From Eledone cirrhosa (taxonomy: Eukaryota), in assembly GCA_964016885.1 (NCBI GenBank), contig OZ024760.1, positions 6,820,001-6,884,000 on the forward strand: DNA of 64,000 nucleotides, written 5' to 3'. This document shows, one piece after another, positions 28,010-41,039 of this stretch; positions within the stretch are counted from its first letter, which is position 1, and each line of letters opens with the position of its first letter. A program made the position numbers and the translations under genes. The notes under the pieces are model-generated. The model made no database searches. It was not told the DNA's origin and saw nothing but the letters and a program-made list of their open reading frames with translations.

Positions 28010-28620
28010 CTCATTATTAAAATAGTATTTGGAACATAACTTAACAAAGGTTCTTACATAAACTACATGTAATTTTTTTTATATATGGTATTTTATAAAT
28101 GGTATTTGGAACATAACTTAATAAAGGTTCTTACATAAACTATATATAATTTTTTTTTCATATGTAACTAGTTGTCGCATTATTAAAATGGTATTTGGAA
28201 CATAACTTAATAAAGGTTCTTACATAAACTATATATAATTTTTTTTTTATATGTAACGAGTTGTCGCATTATTAAAATGGTATTTGGAACATAACTTAAT
28301 AAAGGTTCTTACATAAACTATATATAATTTTTTTTATATATAACTAGTTGTCGCATTATTAAAATGGTATTTGGAACATAACTTAACAAAGGTTCTTACA
28401 TAAACTATATATAATTTTTTTTATATATAACTAATTGTCGCATTATTAAAATGGTATTTGGAACATAACTTAATAAAGGTTCTTACATAAACTATATATA
28501 ATTTTTTTTATATATAACTAGTTGTCGCATTATTAAAATGGTATTTGGAACATAACTTAATAAAGGTTCTTACATAAACTATAATTTTTTTTTTATATAT
28601 AATTGTCGCATTATTAAAAT
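28010..28620. repeat. ~89-bp tandem repeat filling the intron between ZU5 exons 2 and 3
   Basis: tggtatttggaacataacttaataaaggttcttacataaac recurs about 7 times. Confidence 0.93.
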
Positions 28621-28701
28621 GTCTCTCGTTCCCCATGTCTCTCTCTCTCTCGCTCTCGCTCTCTCTCTCTCTCTCTCACAAACACACCAACTATTTTCCA
28701 G

Positions 28702-28845
28702 GTGAAACACTGCTGAGTCCGCTGGTTATGTGTGGTCCACATGGTCTAAAGTTTAACCAACCTGTAGAACTTCGTCTTCCACATTGTGCTTCTGTCAACC
28801 CAGACAGTTGGTCATTTGCCCTCAAATCCAGTGATTCCCCCACAG
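28702..28845 (+). CDS. TJP1: ZO-1/TJP1 ZU5 domain, exon 3
   Basis: ttttccAG|...|GTgcgt; (G)ETLLSPLVMCGPHGLKFNQPVELRLPHCASVNPDSWSFALKSSDSPT(G), the ZU5 signature SPLVMCGPHGLKF..PVELRLPHC. Phase 1-1. Confidence 0.96.
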
Positions 28846-29032
28846 GTGCGTAGTAACATTATTGCTGGATATATATTATATATATAATATATATATTATT
28901 ATATTATATATATTATATATATAATATATATATTATTATATTATATATATTGTATATATACTTATGTATAATATCAATATACACACTACACATGCTAGCA
29001 GAAAACCACCAGATTGGTGGGTTTTCTGCTAG

Positions 29033-29071
<39 letters not shown>

Positions 29072-29186
29072 GTAGGAGGTGAGTTTTATTGTAGTACAAT
29101 ATCACACATCAATCTAAAACTACTTTTCATATGTTGATTTAAAACTGCACTATCCACAAGTGTTTTTTAACCTTCATATCATGTCC

Positions 29187-29257
29187 TATTTTATCTGATG
29201 AAAACACAAATGTTATTGCATGATGATATTTGTTTTTGAAATGCGCATAATAAAATA
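29187..29257 (+). ncRNA. Type-I hammerhead ribozyme motif, sense to ZO-1
   Basis: tattttat CTGATGA aaacacaaatgttatt-gcat-gatgatatttgttttt GAAA tgcgca TA ataaaata. Perfect 8-bp stem I, long stem II, palindromic stem III (ATGCGCAT); predicted cleavage after 29249. Confidence 0.8.
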
Positions 29258-29537
29258 CATGGAACTCATTTAACCATCTTTTGATCTTATATATATATAC
29301 ATATATATATATAATATATATAATATAATAATATATATATTATATATATAATATATATAATATAATAATATATATATAATATAATAATATATATATTATA
29401 TATATAATATATATAATATAATAATATATATAATATATATATATTATATATATAATATATATATTATTATATTATATATATTATATATATATATGTATAT
29501 ATATATAAGATCAAAAGATGGTTAAATGAGTTCCATG

Positions 29538-29608
29538 TATTTTATTATGCGCATTTCAAAAACAAATATCATCATGCAATAACATTTGTGTTTTCATCAG
29601 ATAAAATA
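29538..29608 (-). ncRNA. Inverted copy of the 29187-29257 hammerhead
   Basis: Reverse complement of 29187-29257; no difference seen by eye. Confidence 0.8.
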
Positions 29609-29725
29609 GGACATGATATGAAGGTTAAAAAACACTTGTGGATAGTGCAGTTTTAAATCAACATATGAAAAGTAGTTTTAGATTGATGTGTGATATTGTA
29701 CTACAATAAAACTCACCTCCTACAT

Positions 29726-29758
<33 letters not shown>

Positions 29759-30362
29759 CTAGCAGAAAACCCACCAATCTGGTGGTTTTCTGCTAGCATG
29801 TGTAGTGTGTATATTGATATTATACATAAGTATATATACATGTAGATATGATACATCAAATAAAATCGTAATTGACAATATGTACAGAAATTGAATGAAG
29901 ACTGCGTTACACGGTCTTCTGTAATCAGTAACGTAATCTATGATGCATTTAAAAAAGATGATGATATATATAAACTGCATTAGGAGAAAATTAGTGACAG
30001 AAAATTAATATGTTTATTTAAGCGATCGCCACCGGAAGTGTTGACATTTGAAAATTTTAAAGAAGTGAATGTTTAAATAAATAATAAAATATATTTAATG
30101 AACAGCCACAAAATTTTAGTAGATAAATTATGTAATATTCATTGATTATTTATTCAAAGGGCGATGGATTGGCAGTATTGGTAGAGAGTCAGGCACCATG
30201 CTTTGAAGCATAGAGTTACGTCCCTTTATGAGCTGTGGCCTTGTGCCAAAAATAGAAACAATGATTTATTCAAAGTAATCAAACTTATTTTACAAACGGG
30301 ATAAAAAAAAAATAAACCGTACGCAATCCCACAGACCTTCCTTTATTATAGTTTAGATATAT

Positions 30363-30467
30363 AAAAAGAGTCAAGAACCCGAAGGGGTCCTGACTCTTTT
30401 CCTATTACCCACTCTACTCGCCCTAAGTATTGAGTACTCTGGTGCGTTATGGTCCACCTGGTATCTT
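30363..30467 (+). mobile_element. Fold-back + tail element, family A (short arm)
   Basis: aaaaagagtcaagaaccc-gaa-ggggtcctgactcttttt followed by the family A tail. Confidence 0.55.
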
Positions 30468-30725
30468 ATATATTTCCGTAGAAGAGGTAAAAGAAAGAGT
30501 GCTCTATGTGTAGTACAGAGCTATTTAATTACATAATAAACAACACAATATAATTATTCCATTACCAAAGGTTTCAGGAAACTAGACGATCTTAGCAGAA
30601 ATGTCCAGCATAACTTGACACTAAAGCTGGGTGCTCCCATTATGTTGTTTAGGAATCTTGACCCACCTCACCTGTGTAATGAAACTTGCTTAATTGTTAC
30701 ATCCATGAAGCCCCATATCATAGAC

Positions 30726-30899
30726 CAGGCATGTCAAAGATGCGACCCTTTACAAGCCCGCACAAAGGTTTTTACAGCACGAGGATAATATAAAATAAAA
30801 AATATTAGTTGAAATGTGTGCAATTAGTTATGTGTGGCCCTCAGACAACACATATGTGACCCATGTGGTTCTTGTGGGACCCTCAATTTGACATGCCTG
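30726..30899. mobile_element. hAT (Charlie-like) MITE
   Basis: Perfect 13-bp TIR caggcatgtcaaa/tttgacatgcctg; 8-bp flanks tcatagac/tcctagag (6/8 identical). Removing it restores the Helitron frame. Confidence 0.8.
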
Positions 30900-31074
30900 T
30901 CCTAGAGGCAACAATCATAACAGGTTGTCATAAAGGAGAAAATGTCTTTATTCCAAAAATTCTTCTCGTTTGAATTTAAGAGGCTTCAGTTTCCAGTCAA
31001 ACTAAGTTTTGTTATTTCAATTAACAAATCTCAGGGTCAATCCCTCAAGGTAGGTGGACTTGATCTCGCTACTA

Positions 31075-31778
31075 CATTACGGTCAGCAGCGATTTGCGTT
31101 GGACGAGGCACGTCTCTAAAATTGTCAAGAGGGCCGAGGGTGTCTTAGCATCACTCAGCAAGACCTTTGTCAGCCGCTCTCCAGATATCTATTTAAGGCT
31201 GTATACAGCTAGGGTGCGACCACACTTAGAATTTGCATCACCAGTCTGGAACCCCTATCTTGCTCAGGACATTGACCGCCTGGAAACTGTTCAGAGACGT
31301 GCAACCAAGCGAATACCCTCCATCAGGCATCTACCATACTCTGAGCACCTTGCTTCTCTGGGCATAGATTCATTGAGGCTCCGACGCCTGGCAACTGACT
31401 TGGTAAACACCCACAAAATTGTTAACCATGTTGCCAACAACAACCCTGAGTGCCTTTTCGATTTCCATGTGTCTAACACACGTGGACATGCCCACAAAGT
31501 AAGAAAACAGCACAGTTCCCATGGCTTTCGGAAACATTTTTTCACGCTCAGAGTTGCTGAGGCATGGAACAAACTACCTGCATCAGTTGTTAGCTGTCGA
31601 GACACTGCATCCTTTGAGGCCTCCATGCTTCCCGAGATCCGCCAACACTACAGCTAACACATACAAACATGTACTTCCCTGACATTTGTGTATTATTCTA
31701 TGTACTATATTGACGAGTTGTAGTGCACCTGAGCACTTTACACAATAATTTCATTATTATTATTATTATTATTATTAT
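31075..31778 (+). mobile_element. CR1-clade LINE 3' end (young, open frame)
   Basis: ITVSSDLRWTRHV...RPHLEFASPVWNPYLAQDIDRLETVQRRATK...; 3' UTR and (att)n tail. Confidence 0.92.
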
Positions 31779-32659
31779 AATTCACCTACAGTCAACTCTA
31801 TGTTGATTGCTCACGAGTTGGAAGCAGCAACAATTTATTCATTTGGACATCAACAAGAAATTACACAAGGAATAGCGTTTACCCTGAGGTGCTTCAAGAT
31901 TGACAGATTTTCATTTATATATATATATATGTTGATATATCAATAGTCGATGCATATGGGGGATGACCGCTGGGTAAAGAAGTGCCAAGAAATCCGAATA
32001 GAAGGAAGACGCAGTAGAGGAAGACTACGTAAATCATGGGCGGAGATGTTGAGAGCTGACCTCAGATCGCTGAAGCTCACGGAGGAGATGACGAAGGACC
32101 GTGACAAATGGAAAGATGCTGTGCTGAATAGGACCTATCCCACCCTTGCAAGCAGAGAAAAGCGGACGTAAAATGATGATGATATATATATATAGTAATA
32201 ATAAATGTGAAAACTAAAATCAGAACATCCCGTTAAGGGTGAAAGCAGCGATTCTTTGCTTAAACCTTAATCTGTACTTATAATAAATAAATATATATGT
32301 GTGTGTTATCATATTAGAGGTTTATATCTTACATACTCATACACTTATATATATAAATGATGTATAACATATTTAAAGTTAGAGACCATTACTACAAACA
32401 TGTTGTAGGTTCAAATCTTACAGATACTGCCCCTTGTTTATATATATATATATATATAGTAATAATAATAAATTTGAAGACTAAAATCCAAAGAGGGCTC
32501 GATAAGGATAAATATATATCAAATATATAAGAACCGTAGAGCAAATATTTATTAAAATAACAGATTAAAGTTTAAGCAAAGAATTGCTGAAGGGTGAAAG
32601 CAGCAATTCTTTGCTTAAACTTTAATCTGCTATTTTAATAAATATATATATATATATAA

Positions 32660-32869
32660 ATGGTAAACAGAAATAACAACACAATCGGTACAGTATATGG
32701 AAGGGTTATATTAGGTTAACGCTTCATATAGCAGGAAGAGGGTCTTAACGCTTGAAATAGCAGGAAGAGGGTCTTAACATTTCAAACGCTAGTCCTTCGT
32801 CAGAAGAAAGAATGAGAAATAAGATAGTTTGAGGGGACGGGCAGGTTGGAATTGGAAAAAATGTCTTTC

Positions 32870-32870
<1 letters not shown>
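32660..32870 (-). mobile_element. Penelope-like terminal repeat remnant (family B, copy 3) with degenerate hammerhead
   Basis: Similar to 4500-4690; core reads CTGACGA aggactagcgttt GAAA tg TT aaga, with stem II weakened. Confidence 0.6.
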
Positions 32871-32900
<30 letters not shown>

Positions 32901-33297
32901 TACATATATAACAAATTTAATATAAAAATGGCTTCTACAGAACTAGAACTGTTTCATTCGGGAGAAATCATCAGGAAACAATTCTAGTCCTGTAGAGGCC
33001 ATTTCTATATTAAATATTTATACTCTGCTATGTATTGAGTACCTTACCTAATGTGGTTACCCCGATTGAACCTGAGATAAACTTATATATATGTGAGGTG
33101 TGACATATTTGAACTTACAGAAGATTACCGCAAATGATGTGTCGTAGGTTCAAATCAACTCAAGAATGAGAAACAAGTTCCAGAAGAATGAAAGACAAGG
33201 TCAACTGCTTTTATTACAGACACACACACACACATAACAGATGAGGTGGGGCATAGTGGTTTCAAATCACACACAGATACACACACACATATATAGA

Positions 33298-33426
33298 AAT
33301 GAGGTATGGCATATTTAAAGTTACAGAGAATTACTGGAAATGATGTGTCATAGGTTCAAATCTTACATATGTCCACACACACCTTTATGAAGTTAACAGG
33401 TGAGGTGGGACATTGTAGTTTCAAAT

Positions 33427-33458
<32 letters not shown>

Positions 33459-36400
33459 ACAGGTGAGGTGGGACATTGTAGTTTCAAATCACACATATAT
33501 AAAACAGGTGAGGTGGGACATTGTAGTTTCAAATCACACACAGACAGACACACATATAAAACAGGTGAGGTGGGACATTGTAGTTTCAAATCACACACAG
33601 ACAGACACACATATAAAACAGGTGAGGTGGGACATTGTAGTTTCAAATCACACACACACATATAAAACAGGTGAGGTGGGACATTGTAGTTTCAAATCAC
33701 ACACAGACAGACACACATATAAAACAGGTGAGGTGGGACATTGTAGTTTCAAATCACACACACACACATATAAAACAGGTGAGGTGGGACATTGTAGTTT
33801 CAAATCACACAGACAGACACACATATAAAACAGGTGAGGTGGGACATTGTAGTTTCAAATCACACACACACATATAAAACAGGTGAGGTGGGACATTGTA
33901 GTTTCAAATCACACACACACATATAAAACAGGTGAGGTGGGACATTGTAGTTTCAATTCACACACAGACACACATATAAAACAGGTGAGGTGGGACATTG
34001 TAATTTCAAATCACACACAGACAGACACACATATAAAACAGGTGAGGTGGGGCATTGTAGTTTCAATTCACACACAGACACACACATACATATAAAACAG
34101 GTGAGGTGGGACATTGTAATTTCAAATCACACACAGACAGACACACATATAAAACAGGTGAGGTGGGACATTGTAGTTTCAATTCACACACAGACACACA
34201 CATATAAAACAGGTGAGGTGGGACATTGTAGTTTCAAATCACACACAGACAGACACACATATAAAACAGGTGAGGTGGGGCACTGTAGTTTCAAATCAAA
34301 CACACATATAAAACAGGTGAGGTGGGGCATTGTAGTTTCAAATCACACACACACATATATACATAAGGTATGACATGATTGAAGTTAAGTTGTAGGAGGT
34401 TCAAATCTTACATGGAAGTCAACCCTAGATATAAGTATTTTATTAAACCCTAGAATGAAAGACAAGGGTGACCCCTTGTATTACTCGAATCCCCGAGAAA
34501 GCCATGAACACCACTACATCAACATTTTCTCTTCTATATTGAAAGTAGGTTTATAAATATTAATTTTCACTATACTTTTGTAGCCGTCACGGTGGTCGTG
34601 TGGAAAGTATTAAAGATGGCGGTGATCCTGGTCTGGGGTTCGATTTCAGTCAGGACCTTCACTAAGGGGGTCTTACTAAACTTTTTCAGTTTTTTTTCTA
34701 TCTCTTAGAAAAAACTGAAAAAGTTTAGTAAGACCCCCTAGTGTAGGTCCTGACTGAAATCGAACCCCAGACCAGGATCACCGCCATCTTTAATACTTTC
34801 CACACGACCACCGTGACGGCTACAAAAGTATAGTGAAAATTAATATTTATAAACCTACTTTCAATATAGAAGAGAAAATGTTGATGTAGTGGTGTTCATG
34901 GCTTTCTCAGGGATTCGAGTAATACAAGGGGTCAACCTTGTCTTTCATTCTAGGGTTGACTTCCATGTAAGATTTGAACCTCCTACAACTTAACTTCAAT
35001 CATGTCATACCTTATGTATATATGTGTGTGTGTGTCTGTGTGTGATTTGAAACTACAATGCCCCACCTCACCTGTTTTATATGTGTGTCTGTCTGTGTGT
35101 GATTTGAAATTACAATGTCCCACCTCACCTATTTTATATGTGTGTCTGTCTGTGTGTGATTTGAAATTACAATGTCCCACCTCACCTGTTTTATATGTGT
35201 GTCTGTAGTTTCAAATCACACACAGACAGACACACATATAAAACAGGTGAGGTGGGACATTGTAATTTCAAATCACACACAGACAGACACACATATAAAA
35301 TAGGTGAGGTGGGACATTGTAATTTCAAATCACACACAGACAGACACACATATAAAACAGGTGAGGTGGGACATTGTAGTTTCAAATCACACACAGACAG
35401 ACACACATATAAAACAGGTGAGGTGGGACATTGTAGTTTCAAATCACACACAGACAATGTCCCACCTCACCTGTTTTATATGTGTGTCTGTCTGTGTGTG
35501 ATTTGAAACTACAATGTCCCACCTCACCTGTTTTATATGTGTGTCTGTCTGTGTGTGATTTGAAATTACAATGTCCCACCTCACCTGTTTTATATGTGTC
35601 TGTGTGTGTGATTTGAAACTACAATGTCCCACCTCACCTGTTTTATATGTGTGTGTGTGTGATTTGAAACTACAATGCCCCACCTCACCTGTTATATATG
35701 TGTGTGTGTGATTTGAAACTACAGTGTCCCACCTCACCTGTTATATATATATATGTGTGTGTCTGTATGTGATTTGAAACTACAATGTCCCACCTCACCT
35801 GTTTTATATGTGTGTGTGTCTGTGTCTGTGAATTGAAACTACTATGTCCCACCTCACCTGTTATATATGTGTGTGTGTGTGTCTGTGTGATTTGAAACTA
35901 CAATGCCCCACCTCACCTGTTTTATATGTGTGTGTGTCTGTGAATTGAAACTACTATGTCCCACCTCACCTGTTATATATGTGTGTGTGTGTCTGTGTGA
36001 TTTGAAACTACAATGTCCCACCTCACCTGTTTTATATATGTGTGTGATTTGAAACTACAATGCCCCACCTCACCTGTTATATATGTGTGTGTGTGTCTGT
36101 GTGATTTGAAACTACAATGTCCCACCTCACCTGTTTTATATATGTGTGTGATTTGAAAATACAGTGTCCCACCTCACCTGTTTTATATATGTGTGTGATT
36201 TGAAAATACAGTGTCCCACCTCACCTGTTTTATATGTGTGTGTCTGTGTCTGTGAATTGAAACTACTATGTCCCACCTCACCTGTTATATATATATATGT
36301 GTGTGTCTGTATGTGATTTGAAACTACAATGTCCCACCTCACCTGTTTTATATGTGTGTGTGTCTGTGTGTGATTTGAAACTACTATGTCCGACCTCACC

Positions 36401-36711
36401 TGTTATATATGTGTGTGTGTGTGTGTGTGATTTGAAACTACAGTGTCCCACCTCACCTGTTATATATATATATGTGTGTGTGTGTGTCTGTGATTTGAAA
36501 CTACAATACCCCACCTCACCTGTTTTATATGTGTGTGATTTGAAACTACAATGTCCCAACTCACCTGTTTTATATATGTGTGATTTGAAACGACAGTATC
36601 CCACCTCACCTGTTAACTTCATAAAGGTGTGTGTGGACATATGTAAGATTTGAACCTATGACACATCATTTGCAGTAATTCTCTGTAACTTTAAATATGT
36701 CATACCTCATT
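33298..36711. repeat. 3.4-kb inverted repeat with minisatellite-filled arms
   Basis: Outer unique segments 33298-33400 and 36600-36711, and inner segments about 34365-34700 and 34706-35015, are reverse complements; 5-nt loop at 34701-34705. Arms carry ~50-57 bp units aggtgaggtgggacattgtagtttcaaatcac. Confidence 0.92.
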
Positions 36712-37515
36712 AGTATAGAGAAAATTAATATTTGTAAACCTACTTTCCTTGTTGGTTGATAAACTTTGACCGTCACTTGGCTGTTATTTCCAGCAGATCG
36801 ACCAGCCACATACAGGGTCTTATTGGTTTACCTACCTAATATAGTAACACACAGACACACACACACATATGTATGTGTTTTAGGGGTCATGTTAGCTTGT
36901 TTACCTAATATAGTAACACACAGACACACATATGTATGAGTGTTTTAGGGGTCATATTAGTTTGTTTACCTAATATAGTAACACACACACATGTATATTT
37001 TAGGGGTCATATTAGCTTGTTTACCTAATATAGTTACACACACACATTAACGAGTGTTTTAGGGGTCTTATTGACTTGTATATCTAATATAGTTACACAC
37101 AGACACCCACACATGTGGTTTAGAGGTCTTATTGACTTACGTATATATCTAGTACAGCTCCTTTCTTCTGCCAGGAGTTGTTACTAAAAGATAGCAGCTG
37201 TGTAAAGAGCAATGACAACATTGTTTCTTTGGTCTCATCTGTCGACAATCAGCTTCTTTCTTTTCCTTTCTATATAATAATAATTGTTTCTACTTTAGGC
37301 ACAAGGCCAGCAATTACCCAGTGCATTACTGGTACTTTATTTTATCGACCCCGTAAGGATGAAAGGCAAAGTTAACCTCGGCAGGATTTGAACTCAGAAT
37401 GGAAAGGGCCGTAACTCTATGCGTCAAAGCATGGCGTCCGACCCTCTACCGATACTACCAATCCACCGTTTCTATATAATAATAATAATGTTTTTGTTTT
37501 TTTTTCCATCTGCAG

Positions 37516-37619
37516 GTCATCCTACACAATGGCAGAACCTCACTCTTGCTGGAATGGACGGTGTGGCCCATGGTAAAGTTGGGAAAAATAGTGTGTCGGT
37601 GTTGGTGGATCACTTTTAG
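37516..37619 (+). CDS. TJP1: ZO-1/TJP1 terminal coding exon
   Basis: ccatctgcAG|; (G)HPTQWQNLTLAGMDGVAHGKVGKNSVSVLVDHF*, matching the ZO-1 C-terminus VSVLIDHF. Confidence 0.95.
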
Positions 37620-37889
37620 TACTTTGTCCAAAAGAACATTTTGGCAATCGCACACAGATATTTCTTGCCTACCAATCAAATAACCAACCTACCTACCTTC
37701 CTACCAACCAACCAACCTACCTACTTACCAACCAAACAACCTACTTATGTACCAACTTACCTCCCTACATTTTTACTTACCTTCCAACCTACCTACTTGC
37801 CAACCAACAAACCAACTTACCTACCTATCTACTTACTTACTTACCAAGCTATCTACTTACCAAAGACACTGATTGACAAGAGCATATCA

Positions 37890-39495
37890 ATATCTTCTGA
37901 AATAACACTACACACACACACAGCTATCTTCTGAAATAACACTACACACACACACACAGCTATCTTCTGAAATAACACTACACACATACACACACAGCTA
38001 TCTTCTGAAATAACACTACACACACATACACACAGCTATCTTCTGAAATAACACTACACACACATACACACAGCTATCTTCTGAAATAACACTACACACA
38101 CACACAGCTATCTTCTGAAATAACACTACACACATACACACAGCTATCTTCTGAAATAACACTACACACATACACACAGCTATCTTCTGAAATAACACTA
38201 CACACACATACACAGCTATCTTCTGAAATAACACTACACACATACACACAGCTATCTTCTGAAATAACACTACACACACATACACACAGCTCTCTTCTGA
38301 AATAACACTACACTACACACACACAGCTATCTTCTGAAATAACACTACACACATACACACAGCTATCTTCTGAAATAACTACACACACACACAGCTATCT
38401 TCTGAAATAACACTACACACACATACACACAGCTATCTTCTGAAATTACACTACACACATACACACAGCTCTCTTCTGAAATAACACTACACTACACACA
38501 CACAGCTATCTTCTGAAATAACACTACACACATACACACAGCTATCTTCTGAAATAACTACACACACACAGCTATCTTCTGAAATAACACTACACACACA
38601 TACACACAGCTATATTCTGAAATAACACTACACACACATATACACACAGCTATCTTCTGAAATAACACTACACACACACACACAGCTATCTTCTGAAATA
38701 ACACTACACACACATACACACAGCTATATTCTGAAATAACACTACACACACATACACACAGCTATCTTCTGAAATAACACTACACACACATATACACACA
38801 GCTATCTTCTGAAATAACACTACACACATACACACAGCTATCTTCTGAAATAACACTACACACACACACACACACAGCTATCTTCTGAAATAACACTACA
38901 CACACATATACACACAGCTATCTTCTGAAATAACACTACACACATACACACAGCTATCTTCTGAAATAACACTACACACACACACACGGCTATCTTCTGA
39001 AATAACACTACACACACAGCTATCTTCTGAAATAACACTACACACATACACACAGCTATCTTCTGAAATAACACTACACACACACACACACAGCTATCTT
39101 CTGAAATAACACTACACACACATACACACAGCTATCTTCTGAAATAACACTACACACACATACACACAGCTATCTTCTGAAATAACACTACACACACATA
39201 CACACAGCTATCTTCTGAAATAACACTACACACACATACACACAGCTATCTTCTGAAATAACTACACACATACATAGTTATTTCCTGAAATAATACACAC
39301 ACATACACACAGCTATCTTCTAAAATAACACTACACACACATACACACAGCTATCTTCTAAAATAACACTACACACATACACGAATAACACTACACACAT
39401 ACACGGCTATCTTTTGAACTAACAACTACACACACACATACACACAGCTATTTCTTGCTTGAAATAACACACATATATACACACAGCTATTTCCA
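37890..39495. repeat. ~34-40 bp minisatellite downstream of the ZO-1 stop codon
   Basis: Unit cagctatcttctgaaataacacta(ca)n; preceded by a (CTAC/CAAC)n tract at 37668-37862. Confidence 0.96.
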
Positions 39496-40005
39496 GTGGG
39501 GTTACATTGCTGTTCAACCAAACAGGACTACAGAAACAGAGGACAGTGAAAGAGAATTTATAAAATGAAATAAAAAAAATAGAAGAACACTGACCACAAT
39601 CTGAAATATATTAGTTAAAAAAATTGTAAATATTCAACTGACATTGTTGTTAACTTTTTTGTTACTATATTTCTAATTAAAGACACTGCCTATGTTGTTC
39701 AAATCGTAAAAAAAAAATTAAAAAAAAATTTAAAAAAAAATGAAATTTAAGAGTATTTTTAGGGTAAATTAATGAGGCCGGTTATGATATGTATACTACT
39801 TCCAAGGGCTGGAATTGACCCTATCATCCAAAATACTGTATCAATAAACAGAAGCTCAATTGGACTTTAAATGGATTAAAATAAAACAATGAATTATAGT
39901 AACAACATCAATGTTTTTTTATATCAATATAAGAATTCCTATTCCCAAAACACAAATAAACCAGCACACACACACATACATATATACATATGTGTGTGTG
40001 TGTGT

Positions 40006-40204
40006 GAAAAGATTCAGGACCTTGACGGCTGAGCTCTGGCCCTTTCGACAGCTGTATCCAAACTCCATTCAGATCTAGCTGTCGAAATGGCTGGAGCTCA
40101 GCTGTCGGGGTCCTGAATCTTTTCGTATTACCCAGTCTACTGCCCCAAGTATTGAGTATTCTGGTGGGTTATGGTCCACCTGGTTTTTACCACACCTATC
40201 TGAT
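40006..40204 (+). mobile_element. Fold-back + tail element, family A
   Basis: Hairpin 40006-40124; the right arm holds a hammerhead 3' half, GAAA tggctg-gagct-cagctg TC; tail 40125-40204. Confidence 0.6.
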
Positions 40205-40288
40205 TATATATATCTCGGAAAAACCTCTTTCCTAGAGCTAATTTACTGTAATGAGACTATTTTGAGTTTCTAACTCAATACATGCCTT

Positions 40289-40326
<38 letters not shown>

Positions 40327-41002
40327 AATTAGAAAAAAACGTTTCATTTACATGTAAAGTATATTTATTGTGTTATATATATATTTTTTTGTCACATCGC
40401 TAGTCTGAAGAGCAGATTGAGTGGAGTCAGGTCAACAACTTCTAGGGCAAACCTTGAGCCAATCTTCTGCAAAATGTGCGTAACAGGTTGATACACAATA
40501 AATATCTTTTACATGTAAACAAAACTTTCTCGTTTTTTTCTAATATATACACTCTGTCTGTGCATAGAGTGTTTGTTTTGGTACCTACACCAGTAATTCA
40601 CTGACCCACCTACACTATATAATATATATATTTCATCATCATCATCATCATCATTTCATTTCATTTTACATCCGCTTTTTCCCTGCTTGCAAGGGTGGGA
40701 CGGGAACTGATTCTGGCTTGATTTCTACAGCTGGATGCCCTTCCTAACACCAACCTCATTTACAGTGAGTGCCTACACGAGCTTTTACCGTGGTGCTTTT
40801 ACCGTGGTGCCTACACGAGCACTTTGCAGTGGAATGATAGGGACTCCAGTCCCTATCATCTCATTTCTACAGCTGAGTAAACTGGAGCAATGTGAAATAA
40901 AGTGTCTTGCTCAAGGAAACAACACATCACCCGGTCTGAGAATTGAACTCACAACCTTTCGATTGCAAGGCCAATGCTCTAACCACTAAGCCATGTGCTT
41001 CC

Positions 41003-41038
<36 letters not shown>

Positions 41039-41039
41039 T

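Larger units (their letters stand above)
30560..31903 (+). mobile_element. Helitron Pif1-helicase C-terminal remnant with two nested insertions
   Basis: HNLTLKLGAPIMLFRNLDPPHLCN...PHII[MITE]EATIITGCHKGENVFIPKI...FKRLQFPVKLSFVISINKSQGQSLKVGGLDL[CR1]FTYSQLYVDCSRVG...NSVYPEVLQD*. Confidence 0.85.
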
